Shown piece by piece: positions 44,171 through 57,715 of a stretch of DNA of 64,000 nucleotides. This DNA comes from Eledone cirrhosa (lineage: Eukaryota): contig OZ024746.1 in NCBI GenBank assembly GCA_964016885.1, forward strand, positions 17,050,001 through 17,114,000, in the 5' to 3' direction. Position numbers and translations under genes: made by a program. Below the pieces are notes generated by a model, which was not told the DNA's origin, did not search any database, and saw only the letters and a list, made by a program, of their open reading frames with translations. Each line of letters begins with the position of its first letter. Within the stretch, counting starts at the first letter, position 1.

Positions 44171-45396
44171 AGTTAAAATCTTACCATAGTTGATTTTGTC
44201 TTTCATACTTTTAAAGTTGATAGAATAAGCACCAGTCAAGTACTGGCGTCAATTCGAATTGATTGTTCTTTTTCAAAAACACGTTAACATCCGCCTATGT
44301 TAGAAATCATTACTATTATCATATTATCACAAATATACGGAGAGCAATATTTTGTATTGTAGGGACAAGACCACCTCTCTAGTATTGGTACCACAATAAA
44401 ATACATCCATTATACTCTGTAACGTGGTTTGTGTTGGAAAAAGCATCTAGTCATAGAAACCATATCAAACAATTTTGGAATGTATTAGCGGAACCTGGCG
44501 TCACAGTTTATCTATGGGGGCGTCACAGTTTAACATGTCCAATCCTTGCCATCATGGAAAGCAGGTGTAAAATGATATCTAGGTTTAGGGCTAATCATTC
44601 ATTCCAAATCTTATCCAGAAGTATCCCAGTTTGTCAATGATTCATCAAACACCAGTTCCAATCACTGATGTATCATTGTTTTATATTATTAACTAACAAC
44701 ATTCACAGCTGTTGTTTTTTTTTTCACTCAAATTAATTAAGTAAACAAGTGGGGGTTGTCAAGTGCTGATATAATGTACATTCTTTGGACTGTTTAGAAA
44801 GTCTTGCCATTAATCTATGTTTGTGTGTCAGTCCAAACAATATCTATTACACACACACAAAGAAAGAGCTTGGCAGTAGATCAGATTGTTTGACAGGCAC
44901 CAAAATAAACAATCTTATATTGAGATATATATGGGACACAAGGCTTCTATATGAATATATAAGAATTGTGGTTTGGAAATGACTAAATGTATAGAGTACT
45001 ACTTGTACTTGCTTTGGGCTTTCACCCATGATGGGTTGAGCCAACTTCAACCAGTGAATTTACAGCATCGCAAATACAGGCCACCAATGTATTGTGATCA
45101 AAGATATCCAATGCGGATATTGTCAGTCACAATTCCAACAACAGATATGTATTTGAGGAGCAGATATTAACTCAATCTGACTTAATTGTACTAATTACGT
45201 TTTAAATTGTCTGCCCCACCATTGACTCCATTTTGGGAAGGACTAGCATGATTTTTATTATTTTCAAAATGATTTGAAAATCATAGTCTGTCTTTTGTTA
45301 GAAATATGGTAATAAAAAGGTTTATGAACAATTCTGAAAGTCAATACTCCTTGTTTATTATGTTCAATTAATTTATTTTGATTTTGTTTATTCTAG

Positions 45397-45497
45397 GACC
45401 CTAATTGGTACCAGGCTAAAAATTCATATGGCAGAGAAGGAATGATTCCAGCAAATTATGTTCAAAAGCGACAAGAAGTCTCATTACAGACTATGCC
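45397..45497 (+). CDS. CSK: CSK exon, SH3 C-terminal half and SH3-SH2 linker ([34 protein letters not shown])
   Basis: TTTGTTTATTCTAG| acceptor and ATGCC|GTGAGC donor, 101 nt, phase 0-2. Matches Csk [25 protein letters not shown]. Too short for the ORF track. Confidence 0.96.
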
Positions 45498-45867
45498 GTG
45501 AGCAATCTATTTTGTTTTTGTTGTTTCATGTGTTATCTGCCTTTTGATGGTTGTTGATATCAATATTGTTGTTGTTGTAGTCATTGTTATTGTTGCAAAA
45601 ATCAAATATTATCATTATTGTGTCATCATTATTATTATTAGTAGTAGTAGTAGTAGTAGTAATAGAAGTGAAGAGGGTTTCAGTCAATTTAATTAATTTG
45701 AAAACTTGATTAGTACTTAACCAACCCATCCTGGGTGAATGCCCTGCAAGACCTTGGATTCATGGAAAGTAAAGTTGACCTTGACAGAATTTATAATATA
45801 AAACACATAACTAGATATTATAGACATTTAGTCCGATCCAATTTGGCCACACCACTACTCTAATGAC

Positions 45868-46075
45868 AATAATAATTGCTTCTACTTTTGGCACAAGGCC
45901 AGCAGTTACCCAGTACATTACTGGTACTTTATTTTATCGATTCCCCCCCCCCCTCCCCGTAAGGATGAAAGGCAAAGTTAACCTCAGCGGGATTTGAACT
46001 CAGAACGTAAAGGGACGTAACTATGCTGGAAAGCATGCCCGACCCTCTACCGATACTGCCAATTCACCAATAATA
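45868..46075 (-). mobile_element. tRNA-derived SINE
   Basis: Reverse complement of the 50010-50203 family. Confidence 0.85.
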
Positions 46076-49000
46076 ATAATGTGATGATGATGATGATGAT
46101 AATAATTGTTCTCATTATGACAGTAAATACTGTAACCTGTTCTGTATTGAAGAGCCACAGTTTATGACAGTAAATACTGTAACCTGTTCTGTATTGAAGA
46201 GCCACAGTTTGTTGAGTCTGTGATGTGCTAACTTAATGGGTGAGTAGTTTGCCCTTTGTTTCCTATAGCTCACTGACTTATTTGTTAAGTGGGTGCTATG
46301 AAGGAGTGTAACAAACACACTGTAGCCTTTAGGAATGTACTATATAACAACTGATAAACATTTTATCTACTGCTGGTGATGATGAGCATCAGTAGTAGAT
46401 CTGTTATTAAAATAATAGTGATTAATCTTCAGGGCTTCTCCAGGTTGGGAATGGATCTCTTTGACATTTCAAGCTTAGAGCCCTCAATAATATAGATCCA
46501 CAATTGCTGAGCACCGTTCTACCCAAAGACCAAACTTATAATATGCTGGCAGCATCCCATAGTGAGAAAAACTTGTCTATCATTAACCACTTAGATGCCT
46601 GCTGAAATAAAGATAAGCTCCTATATACTGCAACATCTATTAATGTTGGCTACAAAATGCTTTTAATTGCATCCATCTTCCACAATAAACTGAAATATTT
46701 TGCAATGAAATGGAAGGAATCTCTGTCGATGATGTGTGTTTCAGTTATTTGATCAATGTGCAAATGGCTAACATTTCAGGCACAGGTACACCTAATGTAA
46801 TTCTCAAGGAGATTCACAATGACAAGATTAACCTTTTGAATTACAGGTACAAGCTTCCAAACTGTTTCTGTCTATCCAATTTTGCTCTCAAGGCTTGGGT
46901 TAACTGAAGGCCATCATAATTGACACTTTCCCAAAATGTCACGCAGTGGGAATAAACTTTATGATTACAACGAATTTACAATATAATTTTAAAGCTGTTA
47001 CTTCTGTTCTCGAGTCTAGAGGTTCATTAGGTCAGAGCTTATTCTGTTTTCATGAGGCATTAAGCAACTGAGAGTATTTAAATTCCCCCTGGGTGGGATA
47101 CCAATCCATTGCAAGTTTAACTCCTCAGCTGAGTGGTCAAGAGCAACATGAAATGAAGTGTCTTGCTTAAAGACACAATGCACCACCTGTTCTGAGGATT
47201 CAATCTATAACCTTACAATTGTGAGTTTAACACCTTAACCACTAAGCCATGCATCTTCACTGCATTGTTGTGGCTTTCTCAATCAGTTTTCATTTTATTT
47301 CTCAATGCTGCAGATAAATTACATTTACTTCACTTCAAAAATATTTATTTATTTGATAGCAGGAAGAACACTGAGTTGTTTTATAATTGGACACTGTATA
47401 TCTACCTTCCTGGAGTGAGATACCTGTTGTTAACAGCTTTTGTTTAAGCCTTGGTCAACCCAGCAGACCTATAATCAATGCTATTCCAGCTGTTACTATC
47501 TTATCACTTTTTATTTATCTAGGACTACATTATACAATGTGTCCATATTTAGAACAGCAAGTTTTGATTGAGGGAGATTTGACTGCTATTTTTAGCTTAT
47601 CAAACGACTACCTTAGAAGCTCTTCCTTGTTAGTTCATAGAACATATTTTGAAATAGGTAAATAAGATTGTCTGGGTTGATAAAATATAGGACAACCTTT
47701 TCATAGATCCTCAGTTCGAATCTACAGCTGGTAAAATTAGAAAACTACCTTACATTACCGATCTGTGTGAATTAGGTACCAGAAGATGGGTTACCTAGCA
47801 TGTTAAGAGTTATCTCCCTTATTTCTACACACTACAAAACTACTTTTAACCCTTTAGCATTCACATTATTCTTTGAGGTTGACTTTGCCTTTCATCCTTA
47901 CGGGGTCGATAAAATAAAGTACCAGTAATGCACTGGGTAATTGCTGGCCTTGTGCCTAAAGTAGAAACAATTATTCTATATACACTATTATATTTTCATC
48001 GTAAAGGCTTAACCTCGCATAATTATCTCACATAATATCGAATCTGAGATTTTGAAAGTATTTATTTTGAGAACAATACCTTAACATCAGTATGAGTGGC
48101 CGGTTACAGCTAGTTTCAACAGAAAGAAGCAGAGAATTCTGGCCGGTTTGAACATTAAAGGGTTAATCACTGGTTCACATGAATTCCTTCAACTCCCCTG
48201 ATATATGATGTGGCTTCAGCATTTTAACTCTTTCAATACCATATTTCTAATGAAATACATTCTATTTCACTTAAAGATTTTAGATGAATTTGAAAGGGCA
48301 TCAGGCTGTAGAAAACTTGACAAACAAATGGTTGGGAAGACTTTTCAGCTGTGTCAGAGACATAACCTCCTGGTGTTGATGCTATAATAAAATACACTCA
48401 GTAGAGCACAGGATCATAAGTGATATGCAAGCCCCTGGCCTATCTGTGAGGTCAGTGGCTCCACTTGAGCACTGACTTGGTCTTTGATGACCTCTTCAAA
48501 TCTTACCAGCAGGGAAAAATCGGGCATTAAGTGATAATGAAAAGGATTAATTATTTCATTAAAATAGGATTTGTAACAAATGGTTCTTGTATGAAAATCA
48601 TGCTGGAAGATTATATATGAACCTTTTAAAATGGGTGGTTTTGTTTCATAGAACAAGAGTTGGTTTTGGATGAGTTTGTATCAAAAGGTTGAGCTTTTTC
48701 TTCTCCAGGCCTGAACACAATTGATTGTTTTTCCGGAGAGAAAGATTGAGAGAGATAGAGGATGAAAGAAGGAAAGTAGAAGAGAAGGATCTTACTGGCA
48801 CTCTATTTTTCAACCGTGAAAAGATGATAGGCAAAATTAACTTCAGTAGGATATCAACCCTAACCTCAATGGGATATGAACCCCCATCCTAACCTCAGTG
48901 GCATATGAACCCTAACCTCAGTGAGATATGAACCCTAACCCCAATGGGATATGAACCCTAATCTCAGTGGCATATGAACTTAGAACAAGGAGAGCTGAAA

Positions 49001-50009
49001 AGAATATAGTAAAGTATCCCATATGACTTTCTAACAAGTCTGGCAATCTGCCACCTTACAATAGCACTAGCAGAAATTGAAACCATGACAACACAACTAC
49101 TGTGGCTCGTTAATTGTTATTGATCTGTGTTATGTCTTCCTTACTCATCAATATTTTCAATATTTAAAAAATGTAATTGTTGTTTTTAATTGATCTCTTT
49201 ATTTTTTGTTTGTTTGTTTTTTCTTGAGTTCCATTCCAGCCCTAAAGGTAACAAGTAATAAATCATTTTATTTTTAATTCTTAATATTTCTGTATAATAA
49301 TGTCATGATATATGATGTTGACACATATATGATGTTGGCACATGTTATATGATGTTGCCACATGTTATATGATGTTGCCACATGTTATATAATGTTGCCA
49401 GGTGTATAGCAGTGTCATTTGGTGTGTATTTAAGTGTCTCTGTCATAGTGTATATGGAATTTCCCGTATAAAATATTTTGAACAGGGTTAAAATATTACA
49501 ATAAACCCCTAATAGTTGTCATTTAATGAACCTAAGAAGTGAGTGGGTTAACAATAGGTTCACAATGTGGTTGCCTGCCTTTCTAGAAATAATAGCCAAA
49601 CTCTCTCAAATTATACCATACTGTAGACAGTGTAGTTCTAAGTAGACAAAAAGATGAGATGGGTGTGACTGGAAGGCTTTTGGTCATGTTTACCCAGTTA
49701 GGTCTAACCTAGGGTTAAACAACAACAACAAAGCGGATTCTATATAAGTCTATCTGCTAAAATAGTTATAATGTTTACCAAATAAATCTCTGTCTGAAGG
49801 ACTGAGTTCACAAGTCCCTGTTGAAAGTATACAAATGTAATAACCATGGATACAAGACAGACTGATGCAATAAGATTTAACTAAATATTCCCCCTCCATA
49901 CACACGGACACGTGTATATCGTGGCTCATACACTGTTCACTTTCATCACATTTGTACATTATTCTATGTACTATACTTGCACCTGAACACTGTACACAAT
50001 ACTTTCATT

Positions 50010-50203
50010 GTGGATTGGCAGTATCGGTAGAGGGTCGGACGCCATGCTTTGATGCATAGAGTTATGGTCCTTGCCATTCTGAGTTCAAATCCCGCCAAGG
50101 TTAACTTTGCCTTTCATCCTTACGGGGTCGATAAAATAAAGTACCAGTAATGCACTGGGTAATTGCTGGCCTTGTGCCAAAAGTAGAAACAATTATTATT
50201 ATT
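50010..50203 (+). mobile_element. tRNA-derived SINE, full length (partial copies 10288-10405 minus, 47875-47975 plus)
   Basis: A-box TGGCAGTATCGG, B-box GAGTTCAAATCC, central GCCTTTCATCCTTACGGGGTCGATAAAATAAAGTACC, (ATT)n tail. Confidence 0.88.
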
Positions 50204-51439
50204 ATATAAACTTAATAAACTAGATTTTAGCAAGCCAATGCTTTAGGTGTTAAAGTCTTCCTGGTATCGACTGATTAGTTAACAAATATCTCAATAGCTT
50301 TTAATTGATCCTCTGTGGTGTTCAACAATGAGCATTCACTTGTTTGATCAACTGAACTTATTAAATTAACATGTACATACCTGAGTATTCCACAGGCACA
50401 TCTACCTCTAATTTAATTTTCAGACAAAAATCAGTATGACACAATATATGACAAGCTGAACTTCTATGGTTAAGACAACTGCTGAAGTTGCAATGCAGTG
50501 GGGTCAAACCAGGGACCTCATAATTGTAAAGTGGATTTGTTAACTACTCAATGATACCTGCATAACATCAATAACTACAATATGAAAATATTACTCAAAA
50601 GATATAAATGATGATGATGATTAGTTGTTTAATGGAGTTGTTGTTGTTGTTGTACAGACACTTCTGTAGTGGCACCTGAGTAGTCTAGGTTGTTGATTGA
50701 CTGGACAGATCAGGTGTGATTGTGTGATCCATAGATCTGGTGGTTTAACTCAAGGTCTGCCTTGTACAAGCTGATCTATGAAAATGAAATATGAAATTTA
50801 CAGTTCACACCTATGCAGGTTTAGCTGGCCTCCTACAAACATATGAGGTTTCTTGGGTGTTTTAATGATAGGGGCCTGATCCTATCATGAAAAGCAATGT
50901 AAATGAAGTGAACACAATATTTGTGAGTCCAACACCCTAACCCCTAGGCCACATCTGTTCACTGATAGCAACAAATAAGTTGTTGAGGTGGTTGGTTGAA
51001 TAACAAGGTGTTATTGTTATCACTGCAATTAACCCTACATCTGTTGTGTACAGACATACTTATATTCAAAGGCATTCCTGACATGACCATCTCATCTTTT
51101 TCCTATGTGCAGAGAACCCTGGACTACATTATCCAATGTATCCTTTTCTAAGATAGTGAAGTGTGATTTGATGGAGATTTGGTTACTATCTCTAGCAGAT
51201 CGAGAGACCATGCAGAGGCTTCCTCATTGAGTTTAGTTTATTATAATGTAAGAAACTTCTTGACAGAAATTGCTGGAGGAAATAAATAAATTTGGTTCCT
51301 ACGGTAACTGATTTAGCATCTAATGATAATGTCTAAAGTAGATGTTAAGTAGAAGTTTATTGAACTACTGTCTGTAGGGAGTTAAGCGGCTAGAGTTAGT
51401 GGCATGTTTTGTAAAATTTGGAGCTGGTATTTGGGATAT

Positions 51440-52290
51440 ACTACTATGAAATGTGAACCTGATATTTGGGATATATTGCTGTGAAATGTGGACCTAGTGT
51501 TTGCGATATATAGCTATGAAATGTGGACCTGTTAATTGTGATATATAACTATGAAATGTTGGTAATGAAGACTGTGTAGCTATGAAATGTGGGTAACAAA
51601 GACACAGGATGTGTAGCTATGAAATGTGGGTGATGAAGACACAGGATGTGTAGCTATGAAATGTGGGTGACAAAGACACAGGATGTGTAGCTATGAAATG
51701 TGGGTGATGAAGACACAGGATGTGTAGCTATGAAATGTGGGTAACAAAGACACAGGATGTGTAGCTATGAAATGTGGGTGATGAAGACAGGATATGTAGC
51801 TATGAAATGTGGGTGATGAAGACAGGATGTGTAGCTATGAAATGTGGGTGATGAAGACACAGGATGTGTAGCTATGAAATGTGGGTAACAAAGACACAGG
51901 ATGTGTAGCTATGAAATGTGGGTGATGAAGACAGGATATGTAGCTATGAAATGTGGGTGATGAAGACAGGATGTGTAGCTATGAAATGTGGGTGATGAAG
52001 ACACAGGATGTGTAGCTATGAAATGTGGGTAACAAAGACACAGGATGTGTAGCTATGAAATGTGGGTGATGAAGACAGGATATGTAGCTATGAAATGTGG
52101 GTGATGAAGACAGGATGTGTAGCTATGAAATGTGGGTGATGAAGACACAGGATGTGTAGCTATGAAATGTGGGTAACAAAGACACAGGATGTGTAGCTAT
52201 GAAATGTGGGTGATGAAGACAGGATATGTAGCTATGAAATGTGGGTGATGAAGACAGGATGTGTAGCTATGAAATGTGGGTGATAAAGAC
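51440..52290. repeat. 35-37 bp minisatellite with a 144-bp higher-order repeat
   Basis: Unit GATGTGTAGCTATGAAATGTGGGTGATGAAGACACAG. The GTAACAAAG variant recurs at 51741, 51885, 52029 and 52173. Confidence 0.95.
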
Positions 52291-53244
52291 AAATCATGTG
52301 TTATGGAATATGATATGGTGAAGTTGAGAAATGTGTTTAGTTAAAGTTAACTTCAGAAATCTTTAATCATTTTGGTACCAACCCACCTGAAACTGCCCCT
52401 AGTTCTATGATACAAAACTGCTTTGTTTTATTAAAGTTTATATTAAAACCTTCCGACTCAATTTTATATAAGAACTTTTTGTTGTGTAATATTGCAAATA
52501 TCAGCTTACTAAAGAAAAGTTATTTTAGTATTTTTAAAATTAGTTAAAACACATAGACACAGTATGTTTCAATAAAAACATGGTAACAAAAGAGTTAAGA
52601 GATGAAAGAGAGATGGCTGCAATAGTATGGACATATAATGTAAATAAACGATATATGCTAGAATTAGGTGGCTTTACAGTCATTGGAAATATGTGAGGTA
52701 GAGAGTGGTGTACTAAAACAAGTGAGATGAACTTGTTAAGTACCTGTGCCATTGTGCAGTCTTGGTATTTTACTGCCTCAGGCTTGGCTCCTTTATTAAA
52801 TTTTGTACTTTTCAAAAATTTGTTAAGAATAAAGTAAAAGATATTTTGATGAAATTTCTTTTATTTATTTTGTCTGAACCTGTGCTTCAAAAACTAAACT
52901 AAAACATACCAGTATGCCATTGGGTGGTAAAAGATATTGTAAATAAGCTTAGCCAGCAACTAGACATAGAAAGAACCTATATTGTAGGTCCTTCAAACCC
53001 ATGCTATATAAACAAACTGATGGTAAAAGAACGACAATAAGGAGCTGTCTGGAAATGTTTTAGGAAATTTATTGTAGGATCTATTTTGTAATATTTATGC
53101 AGTAGCTGTGTTTGACTTATTAAATGATTTGATATTAACAATGTATCTTTTTTTCTTTGTCCTTTGATGCTTTTATTTTTTATATGAATGTTTTGTTTTT
53201 ATTATGCAACCGTTTCCTTTAGCAGCCTGTGATATTTGTTGCAG

Positions 53245-53470
53245 ATGGTATCATGGAAAAGTTAGCCGAGAAGAAGCAGAATCTCTTCTGGCTGGACACA
53301 TGATAGGGTCATTCCTTGTACGAGAGAATGGCCATTACCCTGGGGATTACACCTTGTCACTAGTCATCCCTGGGGATGTAGTGGAGCACTATCGAGTGCT
53401 ACAGACAAACAATAAGGTTGAAGTCGATGGTGGTGATCTTCAGTTCGATACTCTACTGGAGTTAGTTGAG
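53245..53470 (+). CDS. CSK: CSK SH2 exon A, divergent alternative (WYHGKVSREEAESLL...FLVRENGHYPGDYTL...VEHYR...FDTLLELVE)
   Basis: TTTGTTGCAG|A TGG acceptor and GAG|GTATAC donor, 226 nt, phase 2-0, 75 uninterrupted codons. Keeps the Csk-type YPGDYTL and VEHY motifs. Confidence 0.9.
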
Positions 53471-55067
53471 GTATACTTTTCTTTGGAGATAACTTCCATT
53501 TCTTGGAGACACCTCCGGTCTTTCCATCGGAGCCGTCTCTCTTCTCAACACAATTTTCTTTGTTTTTAATTTATTATTAAACATTTGTGCATGTCTGCTC
53601 AGTTAGTGGAAATATTTTGCAGCTATTTATTACTAGTTTGTGGATAAACAACAAACCAAGGATAATTGCATTACCTTGCATCTTTGCTCTACTTATATTT
53701 TATGACTAGATGTGTCACTAAACCATGAGATAGCTACTAGAATATATATATATACAAATATATACATACATATTCAAATATTCACAACAATGTATATAAA
53801 CTACAGTGGACTTCATTTCAAAAAATAAAATATTTTTTCTTTTATTTCTTTAAACATTCAGTAATACCGTATTTAATCATGTATAAGTCGCAGCTTTTTC
53901 AAAGACAATACAATGTGTAAACCAGCATTTGACCTAGCTTCTGGATCTAGAAAACTTCACTTCAAAATATAAAGGACATTGTATGTTATATGTAAGGTTG
54001 AGGTGCAACTTATACATGAATATATATGGTGTATATATTTTTTTGCTCACCACTGTTGCATGTGCAGCAGTTATAAATCTGTCAGTGTTGGGTTTATTGA
54101 ATCACTTAGAAGCTTTGCAGATTTAATTAGAAACTAATTTGGCCAATAATTAAATTTCTGGAATATTTGAGTGTTAAATAATTAGAAATTAATTCTTGAG
54201 CTTGTAAAATGAAAATTAGTTTGTTTTGTTTTGTTTTTTTTTGTTTTTTTATTTATTTATTTTATTTATTCATTAATTTGTTTTGCTGCATAGAATATCT
54301 TAAGCAAGCTTCTTCACTTGTCTCTTCCATTCATATTTATTTAGGTATACTTTTTCATTATTGATACTTTAGGATTAACCTTCATTATGTACTTCTGTTT
54401 AAGTGTTATATAGAATTTAATTACATATAGTGGAAGAGCTAGTTTACCTGAATTTCCTTCTCATAAGAGTAATTCTTCATATTTTACATTGAAACAATCT
54501 CAAGTAGTTTGGAAATGTTTTCTCATCAAACAGAACCATGCTCTTCTTCAGGTTAAGTTTCTACGCTTTTGTATTATTTATTCTACAAATAATATAGATT
54601 GTCATTTGGCTATTTTCATTGTCTCCATTTTAAAAAGAAACATTCTTTTAGTCATGTTTCATCATATAGTGAATCCATCTTATGTAAATGTTCTATATTC
54701 ATATATTACACTCTTACTACATTTTATATAGGATAGGTCTGTAGATATATGTAGTTTATATATATACCATCCAACCCTTGCTAGCAGGGAAAGTGGATGT
54801 TAAAACAACGATTATATATATAACTTATTGAGTGTATTGCATCACACAAGATTCCTGTACCTTGGGTTTCATGAATAATTCTATTCATTCTTCAGCAGGC
54901 CTTGTTTAAGATAGTAAATAAAACGGAAATAAATCCTTTTTAAATAACCAACCCTGTTGAATGAGGAGAATATTAATGAAACCTGATGTAGACATACCCA
55001 ATAAATTGTCTATACTCTATCTGAATGTGTATGTGTATATTATTTATATATATATTATATATGTATC

Positions 55068-55109
<42 letters not shown>

Positions 55110-57137
55110 CACACATATATATATGATTAGACTTCTGAGTGAACATTCACTTTGCTGAAACAATGTAGCTATGTTGTAATAAAATGAGTAAATCAACCCA
55201 TATAATTAGCTCTATTATTAATATTGGGTTCTTCCTCTTTTGTGGACTAGTAAGATCACTAGATAAGAATGATATATATGAGTGTGTGTAAATAGATACA
55301 TTTGTATGTATATGTGTGTAGTAGTAGTAGTAGTAGAGGTAGTCTGTAACTCACGGGTTTATAGAAATTCTTTTACTGTATAATTATTGCTCAGAACAAC
55401 CAGCTTTGGTTTGTTAGATTCTTATCTTTGCCTCCCTCCTCTCCTTAAGCCCCTTCCATACTCTCATCTCATCGTTATTGAAAGATAGATATATGAAATG
55501 CCATAATGTTTGTGATCAACTGTAATAATTGGAATTTTTCCAAAGAAAACATAAATCATATTACCATTATTATTACCATTTAACTTGATGTGAATTCAAT
55601 TTTTGAAACAATTCATTCATTGCTACATTTCATACGTTCTGGCTTGGGAACTGATTGAATTTTTTGAAAAAAAATTTTAACTACAATTCCTTTGAAGAAA
55701 TTTTCAACCAACATCATTGGTTTCCTTTCTTTTTTATCTTATATCTCTATATATATTGGTTGTCCTGTCATATATCTATATATATATTTATATATATTGG
55801 TTGTCTCGTCATATATCTATATATATATATATATTGGTTGTCCCGTCATATATCTATATATATATATTGGTTGTCCTGTTATATTGTCGTAAGTCTTGGA
55901 TCTGTTAGTCATTATTTGGTTTATCTTGTCGTTTCTCTGGAATGTCAGTCAAATTGTTGTTTTATTTTTGTTGTTGTTATTGTTGTATTTTATTTTGTTC
56001 ATTAGTCTGTCTCTTGTGTTATCATTATATCTTTTATATGAAATCTTGTTGTTTATGACAGTTGTCTTTCAAAAGTGTAGTATGTATTGAAGAAAAAAAA
56101 GCAGATTTTTGCATACATACATACATACGCACAAGCACATTCTATCTGTCCTTCTCTTTCTGCCATACATACACACACCTCATGCAATACATACTTACAC
56201 TCACATATATCATCATCATCAATATACATATGAAGGAATATACATACATATGTTCTTGTATCTAAGAAAATATCTGCATATGCATATACAATTACACATA
56301 CAATACATTTGTTATTACAGTATATTCTGAATATTAAGAATTTCTATAAGAAATTAAATTGATAGTCAACTGTATTCCAGAATATATAGAAATAGATTCT
56401 CTCTTTGAAAGATTTCTATTCTGTTCTTTCTTGTTCATGGGTTTATAGTTGTAGAAGACTTCACTTATAGAAGACTCCTAATAATGGTGGAATCTGCAGT
56501 CAAATATTCTTGTACTGGGAATATATTACTTTTAGTTTCAGAGAGAGAGAAAGAATAAAGAATGATGATTGAAAGTTTTCATTTGGCTCATACTAATTAG
56601 TTAATTAGTATTAAAACAATAGAGTTCTCTTAATCATCATCACATTTGCTAAATATATAATTAGTTTAGTAAATAATAGCAATCACTTCTTGGAATGACT
56701 TCACTCATTAGACACATTAATAATAATAATAACAATAGTAACAGTGATGACCATTTGTACGCAAATTCTTTTCATTTATTTCATTTTATTTTATTTTTGC
56801 ATTTAATTTTTTCTTATTTTCTTTTTCATTTTTTTTTTTGTCTTTTTTTTTTTCGCTTTGGAATCTCACAGATGCAACCATCACCAGCCTGGATTCTAAC
56901 TGTTTTATTTTTACCACTGCCACCACCACCATCACCACCACTGCTGTCGCTGCCATCACAAGCAACAACCCTTGCCTCAAACCCTAACTTATCTAATATT
57001 CTTGGGATTCATTTATTTTTCAGGCATGCAGACATATTTACTTCTCGCTGGATTGAAATGCCTACTTAACTTTTGCCCTTGCCATTTTTCAGATTTGCAT
57101 GGATGTAGTTAGATTTTTGCACAACAGGCTGCTATTG

Positions 57138-57715
57138 AGTTAGGCAGTATCTTATATGTTAATGGTCAGGTGGCATCCTACATGTTAATGGTTAGGCAGT
57201 ATCCTACATGTTAATGGTTATGTAACATTCAACATGTTAATTGGTTAGGCAGCATTCTACATGTTAATGGTTAGGTGGTGTTTTACATGTTAATGATTAG
57301 ATGGCTTCCTCCATGGACATAGTCATGGTTTGATAAATCCTACATGAGTATGGTAGCCCATGTAATACCAGGCAATGTTCTACATAGTAACATTTAGGCA
57401 ACGCTCTATATGATATCAATTAGGCAGAATCATATATGATGTTATGCAGCTCTCTATATAATACCAGATAGCTATCACTCTGTGTGATATCAGGCAGTAT
57501 CAAACATGATAACAGTTAGGTAACATCCTACATGGTTATGGTAGCCAGTATCCTGTATGTTAACAGGCAATATTCTATATAGTAACACTTAGGTAGTACC
57601 CTATACAATATCAATCAAGCTGGTTAGACAGCACAGAACATAATTGTTTAGTAGTATCCTACATGGTAATGACAACCCATATCAAATGTGATAACTGTTA
57701 GGCAGTATTCTATAT
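57138..57715. repeat. Degenerate short-period tandem repeat
   Basis: Recurrent TTAGGCAGTATCCTACATGTTAATGG variants. Confidence 0.75.

Noticed and set aside
50010-50105. tRNA gene
   Set aside because: A and B boxes are present but no cloverleaf; it is a multi-copy SINE head.
53204-53569. ORF-track starts and ends for the SH2 and SH3 ORFs (also 19204-19455 and 59067-59315)
   Set aside because: Homology ends at GT/AG splice sites; the extensions are intronic, apart from the possible read-through noted for exon A.
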